From: Balanoglossus misakiensis
Lineage: Eukaryota; Animalia; Hemichordata
Direction: 5' to 3'
DNA length: 64,000 nucleotides
Assembly: GCA_040954595.2 (NCBI GenBank)
Contig: CM082595.2
Coordinates: 6,872,193-6,936,192, forward strand
Position 1 is the stretch's first letter. Every line of letters begins with the position of its first letter. The position numbers and the translations under genes were made by a program. Below, piece after piece: positions 1 through 15,000 of the stretch. A model generated the notes under the pieces. That model made no database searches and was not told the DNA's origin. It saw only the letters and a program-made list of their open reading frames with translations.

Positions 1-3000
1 CTAAAAGAATTTAGATATCTCCATTAATATGCAAATTAGGCCCTTTTGAAAACTTTGCCCATATATGGTCATCATGTCACGTGACTAATTAAACATTCAC
101 AAGGGTACTGCACTAGCTCTCATTGGCCTGCACCATTGTGCCAAGTTTGAAATCTGTAGGTTTAGCCGTTTTCCAGATCTAGCTGGCCGAAAAAACTACA
201 CAAGAAAAAAAAAAAGAAGAAGAAGAAGAAGAAGTAGAAGAAAAACCAGGATAATAACAATAGGGCCCAAGCGCTGCATGCGCTTGGGCCCTAAAAAGAT
301 GAAAAACCCCAGTAATACCAATAGGGCACAAGCCTGCTTGGCTTGTGCCCTAAAGATGAAAAACCCCAGTAATACCAATAGGGCACGCAGGTGTCACAGG
401 TGACCCCTAATTTTGTCTTTTCAATTTTAGTCACAACCCTCCAAACGCCAAGTCAGTACCTGCTGTGGATGCCGAGATATAGGAAAGTAGGTCAAAGGTC
501 ACCTGAGGTCACCCAAAATTTGGGCAAAAATTTTTGATGCCATACTGATCCATGTCCCACAAGAACAAAACCTCTAGCCTTATTAGTTAGCCTGGAATTA
601 GGTATGCACATAATTAATGAGTTAAGCAGGTGTTACAGGTGAGCCCAAAATTTTGCCTTTTATTGTGGTCCCATTCTGCTCACGGGCCAATAGAGAGTCA
701 CTGTACAGGACCATTGCACAGCCGACGTGGACATAGCATCATAGCTTAACAATAGAAAGTATAGGCCTATGGCTGGGTCATAAAATATGAAAAATGAAAA
801 CGTCTGCTTCTCAAAATAGACTTGGCCCACGGCCTTGACATTTGGCATGTAGGACACTGACCACATGGTCTGCAAAAATCGCTAAAAGAATTTTGATATC
901 TCCATTCATATGCAAATTAGGCCCATTTGAAAACTTTGCCCATATATGGTCATCAGGTCACATGACTAATTAAACATTCACAGGGATACTGCACCAGCTC
1001 TCATAGACCTGCACCATTGTGCCAAGTTTGAGATTTGTAGGTTCAGCCGTTTTCAAGATCTACCTGAGCAAAAAAACTACACAAGAAGAAAAAGATGAAT
1101 ATAGCTGCAAGCAGCGATGACGGGCACAAGCTTAAGCCGAAGGTCAAAGGTCATATGTGGTCACCCAAAATTTGGGCAACAAAAACCAGACCTCTAGCCC
1201 TATTGGTTTGTCTGAAATTATATATGCGCATAATTAATGATGTAAAGTGTAAGACTCCATTAATAGTTCGATCCATCCAAACACAAATGCTGTATCTGTT
1301 CTGGATGCCGAGATATAGGAAAGTAGGTTAAAGGTCACCCGAGGTCACCCGAAAATTTGACAAAATTTTTTGATCCCATACTGGTCCATGTCCCACAAGA
1401 ACAAAACCTCTAGCCCTATTGGTTCACCTAGAATTAGATATGCACATAATTAATGAGGTAAAGTATAAGGCTCCATTAGGAGTTCCATGCCTCCAAATGC
1501 CAAGGCTGTATCTGCATGGGTTGCCGAGATATGGTAAAGTGGGTCAAAGGTCACCTGAGGTCAACCAAAATTGGGCAAGAAATTTTAACCCCATACTGGT
1601 CCATGTTCAACAAAAATCAAACCTCTGGCCATATTGGCTAGCCTGGAATTAGGTATGCACATAATTAATGAGATAAGCAGGTGTCACAGGTGACCCCAAT
1701 TTTGTCTTTTCAATTTTAGTAACAACCTTCCAAACGCCAAGTCTGTACCTGCTGTGGATGCCGACATATAGGAAAGTAGGTCAAAGGTCACCTGAGGTCA
1801 CCCAACATTTGGGCAAAAAGTTTTGACCCCCATACTAGTCCAGGTCCAACAAAAACCAGACCTCTAGCCCTATCGGTTTGTCTGAAATTATATATGCGCA
1901 TAATTATTGATGTAAAAAATTATATATGCGCATAATTATTGATGTAAAGTGTAAGACTCCATTAATAGTTCGATCCATCCAAACATAAATGCTGTACCTG
2001 TTCTGGATGCCGAGATATAGGAAAATAGGTCAAAGGTCATGTGAGGCCACTTGAAAGTTGGGCAAAATTTTTTAACCCCATACTAGTCCAGGTCCAAGAA
2101 AAACCAGACATCTAGCCCTATTGGTTCGCCTAGAATTAGATATGCACATAATTAATGAGGTAAAGTATAAGGCTCCATTAGGAGTCACAATCCTCCAAAT
2201 GCCAAAGCTGTATCTGCGCTGGTTGCCGAGTTATGGTAAAGTAGGTCAAAGGTCACCTGAGGTCACCCAAAAATTGGGCAAAAATGTTTGATCCCATACT
2301 GGTCCATGTTTAACAAAAATCAAACCTCTAGGCCTATTTGCTAGCCTGGAATTAGGTATGCACATAATTAATGAGATATGCAGGTGTCACAGGTGACCTT
2401 CAATTTTGTCTTTTCAATTTTAGTCACAACCCTCCAAACGCCAAGTCTGTACCTGCTGTGGATGCCGAGATATAGGAAAGTAGGTCAAAGGTCACCTGAG
2501 GTCACCCAAAATTTGGGCAAAAATTTTTGATCCCATACTGGTCCATGTCCCACAAGAACAAAACCTCTAGCCCTATTAGTTAGCCTGGAATTAGGTATGC
2601 ACATAATTAATGAGTTAAGCAGGTGTTACAGGTGAGCCCAAAATTTTGCCTTTTATTGTGGTCCCATTCTTCTCACGGGGCAATAGAGAGTCACTGTACA
2701 GGACCATTGCACAGCCAACCTGGACATAGCGTGATAGCTTAACTATAGAAAGTATAGGCCTATGGCTGGGTCCAAAAATATGAAAAATAAAAAAATCTTC
2801 TTCTCAAAATAGACTTGGCCCACGGCCTTGACATTTGGCATGTAGGACACTGACCACATGGTCCGCAAAAATCGCTAAAAGAATGTTGATATCTCCATTC
2901 ATATGCAAATTAGGCCCATTTGAAAACTTTGCCCATATATGGTCATCAGGTCATGTGACTAATTACACATTCACGAGGGTACTGCACGAGCTCTCATAGA

Positions 3001-6000
3001 CCTGCACCATTGTGCCAAGTTTGAGATTCGTAGCTTCAGCCATTTCCAAGATCCTAGTTGGCAAAAAAACTGCACAAGAAAAAGAAGTAGAAGAATATAG
3101 CTGCAAGCAGCGATGACGGGCACAAGCTTAAGCCGAAGGTCAAAGGTCATATGTGGTCACCCAAAAATTGGGCAAAAAGTTTTGACTCCCATACTAGTCC
3201 AGGTCCAATAGAAACCAGACCTCTAGCCCTATTGGTTTGTCTGAAATTAGATATGCACATAATTAATGATGTAAAGTGTAAGACTCTATCAATAGTTCGA
3301 TCCATCCAAACACAAATGCTGTACCTGTTCTGGATGCCGAGATATAGGAAAGTAGGTCAAAGGTCACCTGAGGCCATCCGAAAGTTTAGCAAAAAATTTT
3401 GACCCCATACCAGTCCAGGTCCAACAAAAATCAGGCCTCTAACCCTATTGGTTCGCCTAGAATTAGATATGCACATAATTAATGGGGTAAAGTATAAGGC
3501 TTCATTAGGAGTTTCATGCCTCCAAATGCCAAGGCTGTATCTGCGCTGGTTGCCGAGATATGGTAAAGTAGGTCAAAGGTCACCTGAGGTCACCCAAAAT
3601 TGGGCAAGAAATTTTAACCCCATACTGGTCCATGTTCAACAAAAATCAAACCTCTAGCCCTATTGGCTAGCCTGGAATTAGGTATGCACATAATTAATGA
3701 GATAAGCAGGTGTCACAGGTGACCCCTAATTTTGTCTTTTCAATTTTAGTCACAACCCTCCAAACGCCAAGTCAGTACCTGCTGTGGATGCCGAGATATA
3801 GGAAAGTAGGTCAAAGGTCACCTGAGGTCACCCAAAATTTGGGCAAAAATTTTTGATGCCATACTGATCCATGTCCCACAAGAACAAAACCTCTAGCCTT
3901 ATTAGTTAGCCTGGAATTAGGTATGCACATAATTAATGAGTTAAGCAGGTGTTACAGGTGAGCCCAAAATTTCGCCTTTTATTGTGGTCCCATTCTGCTC
4001 ACGGGCCAATAGAGAGTCACTGTACAGGACCATTGCACAGCCGACGTGGACATAGCGTCATAGCTTAACTATAGAAAGTATAGGCCCATGGCTGGGTTCA
4101 AAAATATGAAAAATAAAAAAATCTTCTTCTCAAAATAGACTTGGCCCACGGCCTTGACATTTGGCATGTAGGACACTGACCACATGGTCTGCAAAAATCG
4201 CTAAAAGAATTTTGATATCTCCATTCATATGCAAATTAGGCCCATTTGAAAACTTTGCCCATATATGGTCATCAGGTCACATGACTAATTAAACATTCAC
4301 AGGGATACTGCACCAGCTCTCATAGACCTACACCATTGTGCCAAGTTTGAGATTTGTAGGTTCAGCCGTTTTCAAGATCTACCTGAGCAAAAAAACTACA
4401 CAAGAAAAAAAAAAAAAAAAAAAAGATGAAAAACCCCAGTAATACCAATAGGGCACAAGCCTGCTTGGCTTGTGCCCTAAAAAAACAGGGTAAAACCAAT
4501 AGGGCACAAGCGCCTGAGGGCGCTTGTGCCCTAAATATAGCTGCAAGCAGCGATGACGGGCACAAGCTTAAGCTGAAGGTCAAAGGTCATATGTGGTCAC
4601 CCAAAATTTGGGCAAAAAGTTTGATCCATCCAAACACAAATGCTGTACCTGTTCTGGATGCCGAGATATAGGAAAGTAGGTCAAAGGTCACCTGAGGTCA
4701 CCCAAAATTGGGCAAGAAATTTTAATCCCATACTGGTCCATGTTCAACAAAAATCAAACCTCTAGCTCTATTGGCTAGCCTGGAATTAGGTATGCACATA
4801 ATTAATGAGGTAAAGTGTAAGGCTCCATTAGGAGTTCCATCCCTCCAAATGCCAAGGCTGTATCTGCTCTGGTTGCCGAGATATGGTAAAGTAGGTCAAA
4901 GGTCACCTGAGGTCACCCAAAATTTTGGCAAGAAATTTTATCCCATACTGGTCCATGTTCAACGAAAATCAAACCTCTAGCCCTATTGGTTAGCCTGGAA
5001 TTAGGTATGCGCATAATTAATGAGATAAGCAGGTGTCACAGGTGACCCCAAATTTTGGCTGTTCAATTATAGTCCCAACCCTCCAAACTCAAAGTCTGTA
5101 CCTGCTCTGGATGACGAGATATAGGAAAGTAGGTCAAAGGTAACCTGAGGTCATGCAAAATTTGGGCAAGAAATTTTGACCCTATAATGGTCCATGTCCC
5201 ACAAGCACGAAACCTCTAGCCCTATTAGTTAGCCCAGAATTAGGTATGCACATAATTAATGAGTTAAGCAGGTGTTACAGGTGAGCCCAAAATTCTGCCT
5301 TTTATTTTGGTCCCATTCTGCTCACTGCCAATAGACTGTCACTGTACAGGACCATTGCACAGATGTGGGAATAGCATCACACCTTAACTAAAGACAGTAA
5401 AGGCTGGGTACAAAAAATATGAAATATAATATTTAAAAATCTTCTTCTCAAAATTGACTTGGCCCAGGGCCTTGAAATTTGGCATGTAGGACACTGACCA
5501 CATGGTCCGCGAAAATCGCTAAAAGAATTTAGATATCTCCATTAATATGCAAATTAGGCCCATTTGAAAACTTTGCCCATATATGGTCATCAGGTCACAT
5601 GACTTATTAAACATTCACAAAGGTACTGCACAAGCTCCCATAGGCCTGCACCACTGTACCAAGTTTGAGATTTGTAGGTTCAGCCGTTTTCAAGATCTAC
5701 CTGAGCAAAAAAACTACACAAGAAAAAAAAAAAAATATAGCTGCAAGCAGCGATGACGGGCACAAGCTTAAGCCGAAGGTCAAAGGTCATATGTGGTCAC
5801 CCAAAATTTGGGCAAAAAGTTTTGACCCCTATACTAGTCCAGGTGCATACGGAAACCAGACCTCTAGCCCTATTGGTTTGTCTGAAATTATATATGCGCA
5901 TAATTAATGATGTAAAGTGTAAGACTCCATTAATAGTTCGATCCGTCCAAACACAAATGCTGTACCTGTCCTGGATGCCGAGATATAGGAAAGTAGGTCA

Positions 6001-9000
6001 AAGGTCACCTGAGGTCACCCAAAATTTGGGCAAAAATTTTTGATCCCATACTGGTCCATGTTCAACAAAAATCAAACCTCTAGCCATATTGGCTAGCCTG
6101 GAATTAGGTATGCACATAATTAATGAGATATGCAGGTGTCACAGGTGACCTTCAATTTTGTCTTTTCAATTTTAGTCACAACCCTTCAAACGCCAGGTCT
6201 GTACGTGCTGTGGATGCCGAGATATAGGAAAGTAGGTCAAAGGTCACCTGAGGTCACCCAAAATTTGGGCAAAAAATTTTGATCCCATACTGGTCCATGT
6301 CCCACAAGAACAAAACCTCTAGCCCTATTAGTTAGCCTGGAATTAGGTATGCACATAATTAATGAGTTAAGCAGGTGTTACAGGTGAGCCCAAAATTTTG
6401 CCTTTTATTGTGGTCCCATTCTGCTCACGGGCCAATAGAGAGTCACTATACAGGACCATTGCACAGCCAACGTGGACATAGCGTGATAGCTTAATTATAG
6501 AAAGTATAGGCCTATGGCTGGGTCCAAAAATATGAAAAATAAAAAATCTTCTTCTCAAAATAGACTTGGCCCACGGCCTTGACATTTGGCATGTAGGACA
6601 CTGACCACATGGTCCGCAAAAATCGCTAAAAGAATTTTGATATCTCCATTCATATGCAAATTAGGCCCATTTGAAAACTTTGCCCATATATGGTCATCAG
6701 GTCACATGACTTATTAAACATTCACGAGGGTATTGCACCAGCCCTCATAGGCCTGCACCACTGTGCCAAGTTTGAGATTTGTAGGTTCAGCCGTTTTCAA
6801 TATCCTGTTGGGCAAAAAAACGACACAAGAAAAAAAAAAAAAAGATGAAAAACCCCAGTAATACCAATAGGGCACAAGCCTGCTTGGCTTGTGCCCTAAA
6901 TATAGCTGCAAGCAGCGATGACGGGCACAAGCTTAAGCCGAAGGTCAATGGTCATATGTGGTCACCCAAAAATTGGGCAAAAAGTTTTGACCCCCATACT
7001 AGTCCAGGTCCAACAGAAACCAGACCTCTAGCCCTATTGGTTTGTCTGAAATTAGATATGCGCATAATTAATGATGTAAAGTGTAAGACTCTATCAATAG
7101 TTCGATCCATCCAAACACAAATGCTGTACCTGTTCTGGATGCCGAGATATAGGAAAGTAGGTCAAAGGTCACCTGAGGCCATCCGAAAGTTTAGCAACAA
7201 AATTTGACCCCATGCCAGTCCAGGTCCAACAAAAATCAGACATCTAACCCTATTGGTTCGCCTAGAATTAGATATGCACATAATTAATGAGGTAAAGTAT
7301 GAGGCTCCATTAGGAGTCACAACCCTCCAAATGCCAAAGCTGTATCTGTGCTGGTTGCCGAGATATGGTAAAGTAGGTCAAAGGTCACCTGAGGTCACCC
7401 AAAATTTGGGCAAAAATTTTTGATCCCATACTGGTCCATGTTCAACAAAAATCAAACCTCTAGCCATATTGGCTAGCCTGGAATTAGGTATGCACATAAT
7501 TAATGAGATATGCAGGTGTCACAGGTGACCTTCAATTTTGTCTTTTCAATTTTAGTCACAACCCTTCAAACGCCAAGTCTGTACGTGCTGTGGATGCCGA
7601 GATATAGGAAAGTAGGTCAAAGGTCACCTGAGGTCACCCAAAATTTGGGCAAAAAATTTTGATCCCATACTGGTCCATGTCCCACAAGAACAAAACCTCT
7701 AGCCCTATTAGTTAGCCTGGAATTAGGTATGCACATAATTAATGAGTTAAGCAGGTGTTACAGGTGAGCCCAAAATTTTGCCTTTTATTGTGGTCCCATT
7801 CTGCTCACGGGCCAATAGAGAGTCACTATACAGGACCATTGCACAGCCAACGTGGACATAGCGTGATAGCTTAATTATAGAAAGTATAGGCCTATGGCTG
7901 GGTCCAAAAATATGAAAAATAAAAAATCTTCTTCTCAAAATAGACTTGGCCCACGGCCTTGACATTTGGCATGTAGGACACTGACCACATGGTCCGCAAA
8001 AATCGCTAAAAGAATTTTGATATCTCCATTCATATGCAAATTAGGCCCATTTGAAAACTTTGCCCATATATGGTCATCAGGTCACATGACTTATTAAACA
8101 TTCACGAGGGTACTGCACCAGCCCTCATAGGCCTGCACCACTGTGCCAAGTTTGAGATTTGTAGGTTCAGCCGTTTTCAATATCCTGTTGGGCAAAAAAA
8201 CGACACAAGAAAAAAAAAAAAAAGATGAAAAACCCCAGTAATACCAATAGGGCACAAGCCTGCTTGGCTTGTGCCCTAAATATAGCTGCAAGCAGCGATG
8301 ACGGGCACAAGCTTAAGCCGAAGGTCAATGGTCATATGTGGTCACCCAAAAATTGGGCAAAAAGTTTTGACCCCCATACTAGTCCAGGTCCAACAGAAAC
8401 CAGACCTCTAGCCCTATTGGTTTGTCTGAAATTAGATATGCGCATAATTAATGATGTAAAGTGTAAGACTCTATCAATAGTTCGATCCATCCAAACACAA
8501 ATGCTGTACCTGTTCTGGATGCCGAGATATAGGAAAGTAGGTCAAAGGTCACCTGAGGCCATCCGAAAGTTTAGCAACAAAATTTGACCCCATGCCAGTC
8601 CAGGTCCAACAAAAATCAGACATCTAACCCTATTGGTTCGCCTAGAATTAGATATGCACATAATTAATGAGGTAAAGTATGAGGCTCCATTAGGAGTCAC
8701 AACCCTCCAAATGCCAAAGCTGTATCTGTGCTGGTTGCCGAGATATGGTAAAGTAGGTCAAAGGTCACCTGAGGTCACCCAAAATTTGGGCAAAAATTTT
8801 TGATCCCATACTGGTCCATGTTCAACAAAAATCAAACCTCTAGCCATATTGGCTAGCCTGGAATTAGGTATGCACATAATTAATGAGATATGCAGGTGTC
8901 ACAGGTGACCTTCAATTTTGTCTTTTCAATTTTAGTCACAACCCTTCAAACGCCAAGTCTGTACGTGCTGTGGATGCCGAGATATAGGAAAGTAGGTCAA

Positions 9001-12000
9001 AGGTCACCTGAGGTCACCCAAAATTTGGGCAAAAAATTTTGATCCCATACTGGTCCATGTCCCACAAGAACAAAACCTCTAGCCCTATTAGTTAGCCTGG
9101 AATTAGGTATGCACATAATTAATGAGTTAAGCAGGTGTTACAGGTGAGCCCAAAATTTTGCCTTTTATTGTGGTCCCATTCTGCTCACGGGCCAATAGAG
9201 AGTCACTATACAGGACCATTGCACAGCCAACGTGGACATAGCGTGATAGCTTAACTATAGAAAGTATAGGCCTTTGGCTGGGTCCAAAAATATGAAAAAT
9301 AAAAAAATCTTCTTCTCAAAATAGACTTGGCCCACGGCCTTGACATTTGGCATGTAGGACACTGACCACATGGTCCGCAAAAATCGCTAAAAGAATTTTG
9401 ATATCTCCATTCATATGCAAATTAGGCCCATTTGAAAACTCTGCCCATATATGGTCATCAGGTCACATGACTTATTAAACATTCACGAGGGTACTGCACC
9501 AGCCCTCATAGGCCTGCACCACTGTGCCAAGTTTGAGATTTGTAGGTTCAGCCGTTTTCAATATCCTGTTGGGCAAAAAAACGACACAAGAAAAAAAAAA
9601 AAAAGATGATTAAAGCTGCAAGCAGCATTGTCCGGGCCCAAGCTCTATTATCTGATCTGATTATTAGATATGCACATAATTAATGAGTAGAAACATAATG
9701 CTGTGTTTTATCCCATGAAATATCAAGGTTATATCTATGTTTGGTGTTGATATAGTGTTAAGCAGGTCAAAGGTCACCCAGAGGTCACCCACAATTTCGG
9801 CAGAAAATTGTGACCCATAGTGGTCCATGTCCAACAAAAACCAGACCTCTAGCCCTTTTGGTTAGCCCGGAATTAGGTATGCACATAAATAATGAGTAAA
9901 GCAGGTGTCACAGGTGACACAAAACTTTGGCTTTTCATTATGGCCCCATACCGCCAAATGCCAAGGCTGTACCTGCTTTGGATGCCGAGATATGCAAAAG
10001 TAGGTCAAAGGTCATCTGAGGTCATCCAAAATTTGGGCAGAAAATTTTGACCCATAGTGGTCCATGTCCAACAATAACCAAACCTCCAGCCCTTTTGGTT
10101 AGCCCGGAATTAGGTATGCACATAATTAATGAGTCAAGCAGGTGTCACAGGTGACCCAAAACTTTGGCTTTTCATTATGGCCCCATACCTCCAAACGCCA
10201 AGGCTGTATCTGCTGTGGATGTCGAGATATGCAAAAGTAGGTCAAAGGTCACCCGAGGTCACCCAACATTTGGGCAAAATATTTTGACCCGATACTGGTC
10301 CATGTATAACAAAAACAAAATCTCTAGGTCTATCGGTTCATCTGTAATTAGGTATGCGCATATTTAATGAGGTCACCAGAGGTCAAAGGGGTCATGAAAA
10401 GTAGCAAAATTTTTTGATCACATACAAATCCACGTACATCAAAAACCAAACTTATAGCCCTATTGGTTAGCCTGGAATTAGACATGCAGAAAAATGATGC
10501 GTCAAAAGTAGGTCAAAGGTCATTGCCAAAATTACCAAAATATTTATAGCTTATTCTTGGCATATGATGATTCATATCCATTAAAAAGAATTTCTGATCT
10601 ATCAATTTTTAGGCTGGAAAGGGAATTTTTACTTTTTAATCGTTTTTCACAAAATCCAATATGGCCGCCATAATCTTCGACCAATCACATTCATCTTCGC
10701 AAACTTGATAGACATCTGTTTAATGACCACACACACCAAATCTTGTGACTCAGTTATCGCCGGTTCTTGAGAAGAAGATTTTTGAAATTTTACTAGGGTT
10801 TTTCGAAAATCCAATATGGCCGCCATAATCTTCGACCAATCACAATGATCTTCGCAAACTTGATAGACCTCAGTTTGGTGACCACATACCCCAAACCGAG
10901 TGACTCGGTTATCGCCGGTTCTGGAGAAGAAGATTTTTGAAATTTTGACCAGATTTCAGAAAAAAAATTGTAGCAAAAAAACTGCAACATTGACAGCAAA
11001 ATATCCAATTACAAAAATGATGGGCAGAAGGTACACTACCAGCACACCAAATCTGAAGTAAATCTGACTTGTAGTTTCTGAGATCTGAGATTTGCATTTT
11101 TTCAGAAAATCCAATATGGCCGCCATGTCACGTGACTAATTAAAAATTCAAGAGTTCAATGCACGACTACCCATTGACCTTGACCACTGTAGCAAGTTTG
11201 AGAAGTGTACCTGCAGCGGTGTCTGAGATCTAGAGCGACAAAGAAATGACACAAGAATAAAGAAAGAAAGAAAGAAAGAATTAAAGCTGCAAGCAGCATT
11301 GTCCGGGCCCAAGCTCTATTATCTGATCTGATGCTGATATAGTGTTAAGTAGGTCAAAGGTCACCCGAGGTCACCCAACATTTGGGCAAAATATTTTGAC
11401 TCCATACTGGTCCATGTATAACAAAAACAAAACCTCTAGGTCTATTGGTTCATCTGTAATTAGGTATGTGCATATTTAATGAGGTCAGCAGAGGTCAAAG
11501 GGGTCATGAAAAGTAGCAAAATTTTTTGATCACATACAAATCCACATACATCAAAAACCAAAATGATAGCCTTAAAGGTTAGCCTGGAATTAGATATGCA
11601 GAAAAATGATGCATCAAAAGTAGGTCAAAGGTCATTGCCAAAATTACCAAAATATTTATAGCTTATTCTTGTTATATGATGATTCATATCCATAAAAAGA
11701 ATTTCTGTGCTATCAATTTTTAGGCTAGAAAGGGACTTTTTACTTTTTAATCGTTTTTCACAAAATCCAATATGGCCGCCATAATCTTCGACCAATCACA
11801 TTCCTCTTCGCAAACTTGATAGACATCTGTTTATTGACCACACACACTAAATCTTGTGACTCAGTTATCGCCGGTTCTTGAGTAGAAGATTTTTGAAATT
11901 TTACTAGGGTTTTTCGAAAATCCAATATGGCCGCCATAATCTTCGACCAATCACAATGATCTTCGCAAACTTGATAGACCTCAGTTTGGTGACCACATTT

Positions 12001-15000
12001 CCCAAACCGCGTGACTCGGTTATCGTCGGTTCTGGAGAAGAAGATTTTTGAAATTTTGACCAGATTTCAGAAAAACAACTGTAGCAAAAAAACTGCAACA
12101 TTGACAGCAAAATATCCAATTACAAAAATGATGGGCAGAAGGTACACTACCCGCACACCAAATCTGAAGTAAATCTGACTTGTAGTTTCTGAGATCTGAG
12201 ATTTGCATTTTTTCAGAAAATCCAATATGGCCGCCATGTCACGTGACTAATTAAAAATTCAAGAGTTCAATGCACGACTACCCATTGACCTTGACCACTG
12301 TAGCAAGTTTTAGAAGTGTACCTGCAGCGGTGTCTGAGATCTAGAGCGACAAAGAAATGACACAAGAAAAAAGAAAGAAAGACAGAAAAACCCCAACGAA
12401 ACCAATAGGGCCCAAGCGCTGGTATGCGCTTGGGCCCTAAAGAAAGAAAAACCCCAACGAAACCAATAGGGCCCAAGCGCTGGTATGCGCTTGGGCCCTA
12501 AAAAACCCCAGTAATACCAATAGGGCACAAGCCTGCTTGGCTTGTGCCCTAAAAAAAAAGATGAAATATAGCTGCAAGCAGCGATGACGGGCACAAGCTT
12601 AAGCCGAAGGTCAAAGGTCATATGTGGTCACCCAAAATTTGGGCAAAAAGTTTTGACCCCCATACTAGTCCAGGTCCAACAGAAACCTGACCTCTAGCCC
12701 TATTGGTTTGTCTGAAATTAGAAATGCACATAATTAATGATGTAAAGTGGAAGACTCCATTAATAGTTCAATCCATCCAAACACAAATGATGTACCTGTT
12801 CTGGATGCCGAGATATAGCAAAGTAGGTCAAATGTCACCTGAGGTCACCCAAAATTTGGGCAAAATTTTTGACCCCATACTGATCCATGTCCCACAAGAA
12901 GAAAACCTCTAGCCCTATTGGTTAGCCTGGAATTAGGTATGCACATAATTAATGAGATATGCAGGTGTCACAGGTGGCCCACAATTTTGGCTTTTCAATT
13001 TTAGTCCCAACACTCCAAACGCCAAGTCTGTGCCTGCTCTGGTTGCCAAGATATGGTAAATTAGGTCAAAGGTCACATGAGGTCATGCAAAATTTGGGCA
13101 AGAAATTTTGACCCTATACTGGTCCATGTTCAACAAAAATCAAACCTCTAACCCCATTGGTTAGCCTGGAATTAGGTATGCACATAATTAATGAGATAAG
13201 CAGGTGTCACAGGTGACCTTCAATTTTGTCTTTTCAATTTTAGTCACAACCCTCCAAACGCCAAGTCTGTACCTGCTGTGAATGCCGAGATATAGGAAAG
13301 TAGGTCAAAGGTCACCTGAGGTCACCTAAAATTTGGGCAAAAATTTTTGATCCCATACTGGTCCATGTCCCACAAGAACAAAACCTCTAGCCCTATTAGT
13401 TAGCCTGGAATTAGGTATGCACATATTTAATGAGTTAAGCAGGTGTTACAGGTGAGCCCAAAATTTTGCCTTTTATTGTGGTCCCATTCTGCTCACGGGC
13501 CAATAGAGAGTCACTGTACAGGACCATTGCACAGCCAACGTGGACATAGCGTGATAGCTTAACTATAGAAAGTATAGGCCTATGGCTGGGTCCAAAAATA
13601 TGAAAAATAAAAAAATCTTCTTCTCAAAATAGACTTGGCCCACGGCCTTGACATTTGGCATGTAGGACACTGACCACATGGTCTGCAAAAATCGCTAAAA
13701 GAATTTTGATATCTCCATTCATATGCAAATTAGGCCCATTTGAAAACTTTGCCCATATATGGTCATCAGGTCACATGACTTATTAAACATTCACGAGGGT
13801 ACAGCACCAGCTCTCATAGGCCTGCACCACTGTGCCAAGTTTGAGATTTGTAGGTTCAGCCGTTTTCAAGATCCTGTTGGGCAAAAAAACGACACAAGAA
13901 AAAAAAAAAGAAGAATTAAAGCTGCAAGCAGCATTGTCCGGGCCCAAGCTCTATTATCTGATCTGATGCTAATATAGTGTTAAGTAGGTCAAAGGTCACC
14001 CGAGGTCACCCAACATTTGGGCAAAATATTTTGACCCCATACTGGTCCATGTATAACAAAAACAAAACCTCTAGGTCTATTGGTTCATCATTAATTAGGT
14101 ATGCGCATATTTAATGAGGTCACCAGAGGTCAAAGGGGTCATGAAAAGTAGCAAAATGTTTTGATCACATACAAATCCACATACATCAAAAACCAAACTT
14201 ATAGCCCTATTGGTTAGCCTGGAATTAGATATGCAGAAAAATGATTCGTCAAAAGTAGGTCAAAGGTCATTGCCAAAATTACAAAAATATTTATAGCTTA
14301 TTCTTGTCATATGATGATTCATATCCATAAAAAGAATTTCTGTGCTATCAATTTTTAGGCTAGAAAAGGAATTTTTACTTTTTAATCGTTTTTCACAAAA
14401 TCCAATATGGCCGCCATAATCTTCAACCAATCACATTCCCCTTCGCAAACTTGATAGACATCCGTTTAATGACCACACACACCAAATCTTGTGACTCGGT
14501 TATCGCCCGTTCTGGAGGAGAAGATTTTTGAAGTTTTACTATGGTTTTTCGAAAATTCAATATGGCCGCCATAATCTTTGACCAATCACAATGATCTTCG
14601 CAAACTTGATAGACATCAGTTAGGTGACCACATAACCCAAACGGCGTGACTCGGTTATCGCCGGTTCTGGAGAAGAAGATTTTTGAAATTTTGACCAGAT
14701 TTCAGAAAAACAACTGTAGCAAAAAAACTGCAACATAGACAGCAAAATATCCAATTACAAAAATGATGGGTAGAAGGTAGACTACCAGCACGCCAAATCT
14801 GAAGTCGATCTGACTTGTAGTTTCTGAGATCTGAGATTTGCATTTTTTCAGAAAATCCAATATGGCCGCCATGTCACGTGACTAATTAAGTATTCACAAG
14901 TCACTGCACATCTACTCATTGACCTTGACCACTGTAGCAAGTTTGAGAACTGTACCTGCAGCGGTGTCTGAGATCTAGAGCGCGAAAGAAATGAACCAAG

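Noticed and set aside
1098-4478. Reading the A-tailed units as SINEs or retrocopies
   Set aside because: The A/GAA tract is internal (the hairpin cap follows it); no TSDs and no pol III A/B boxes were seen.
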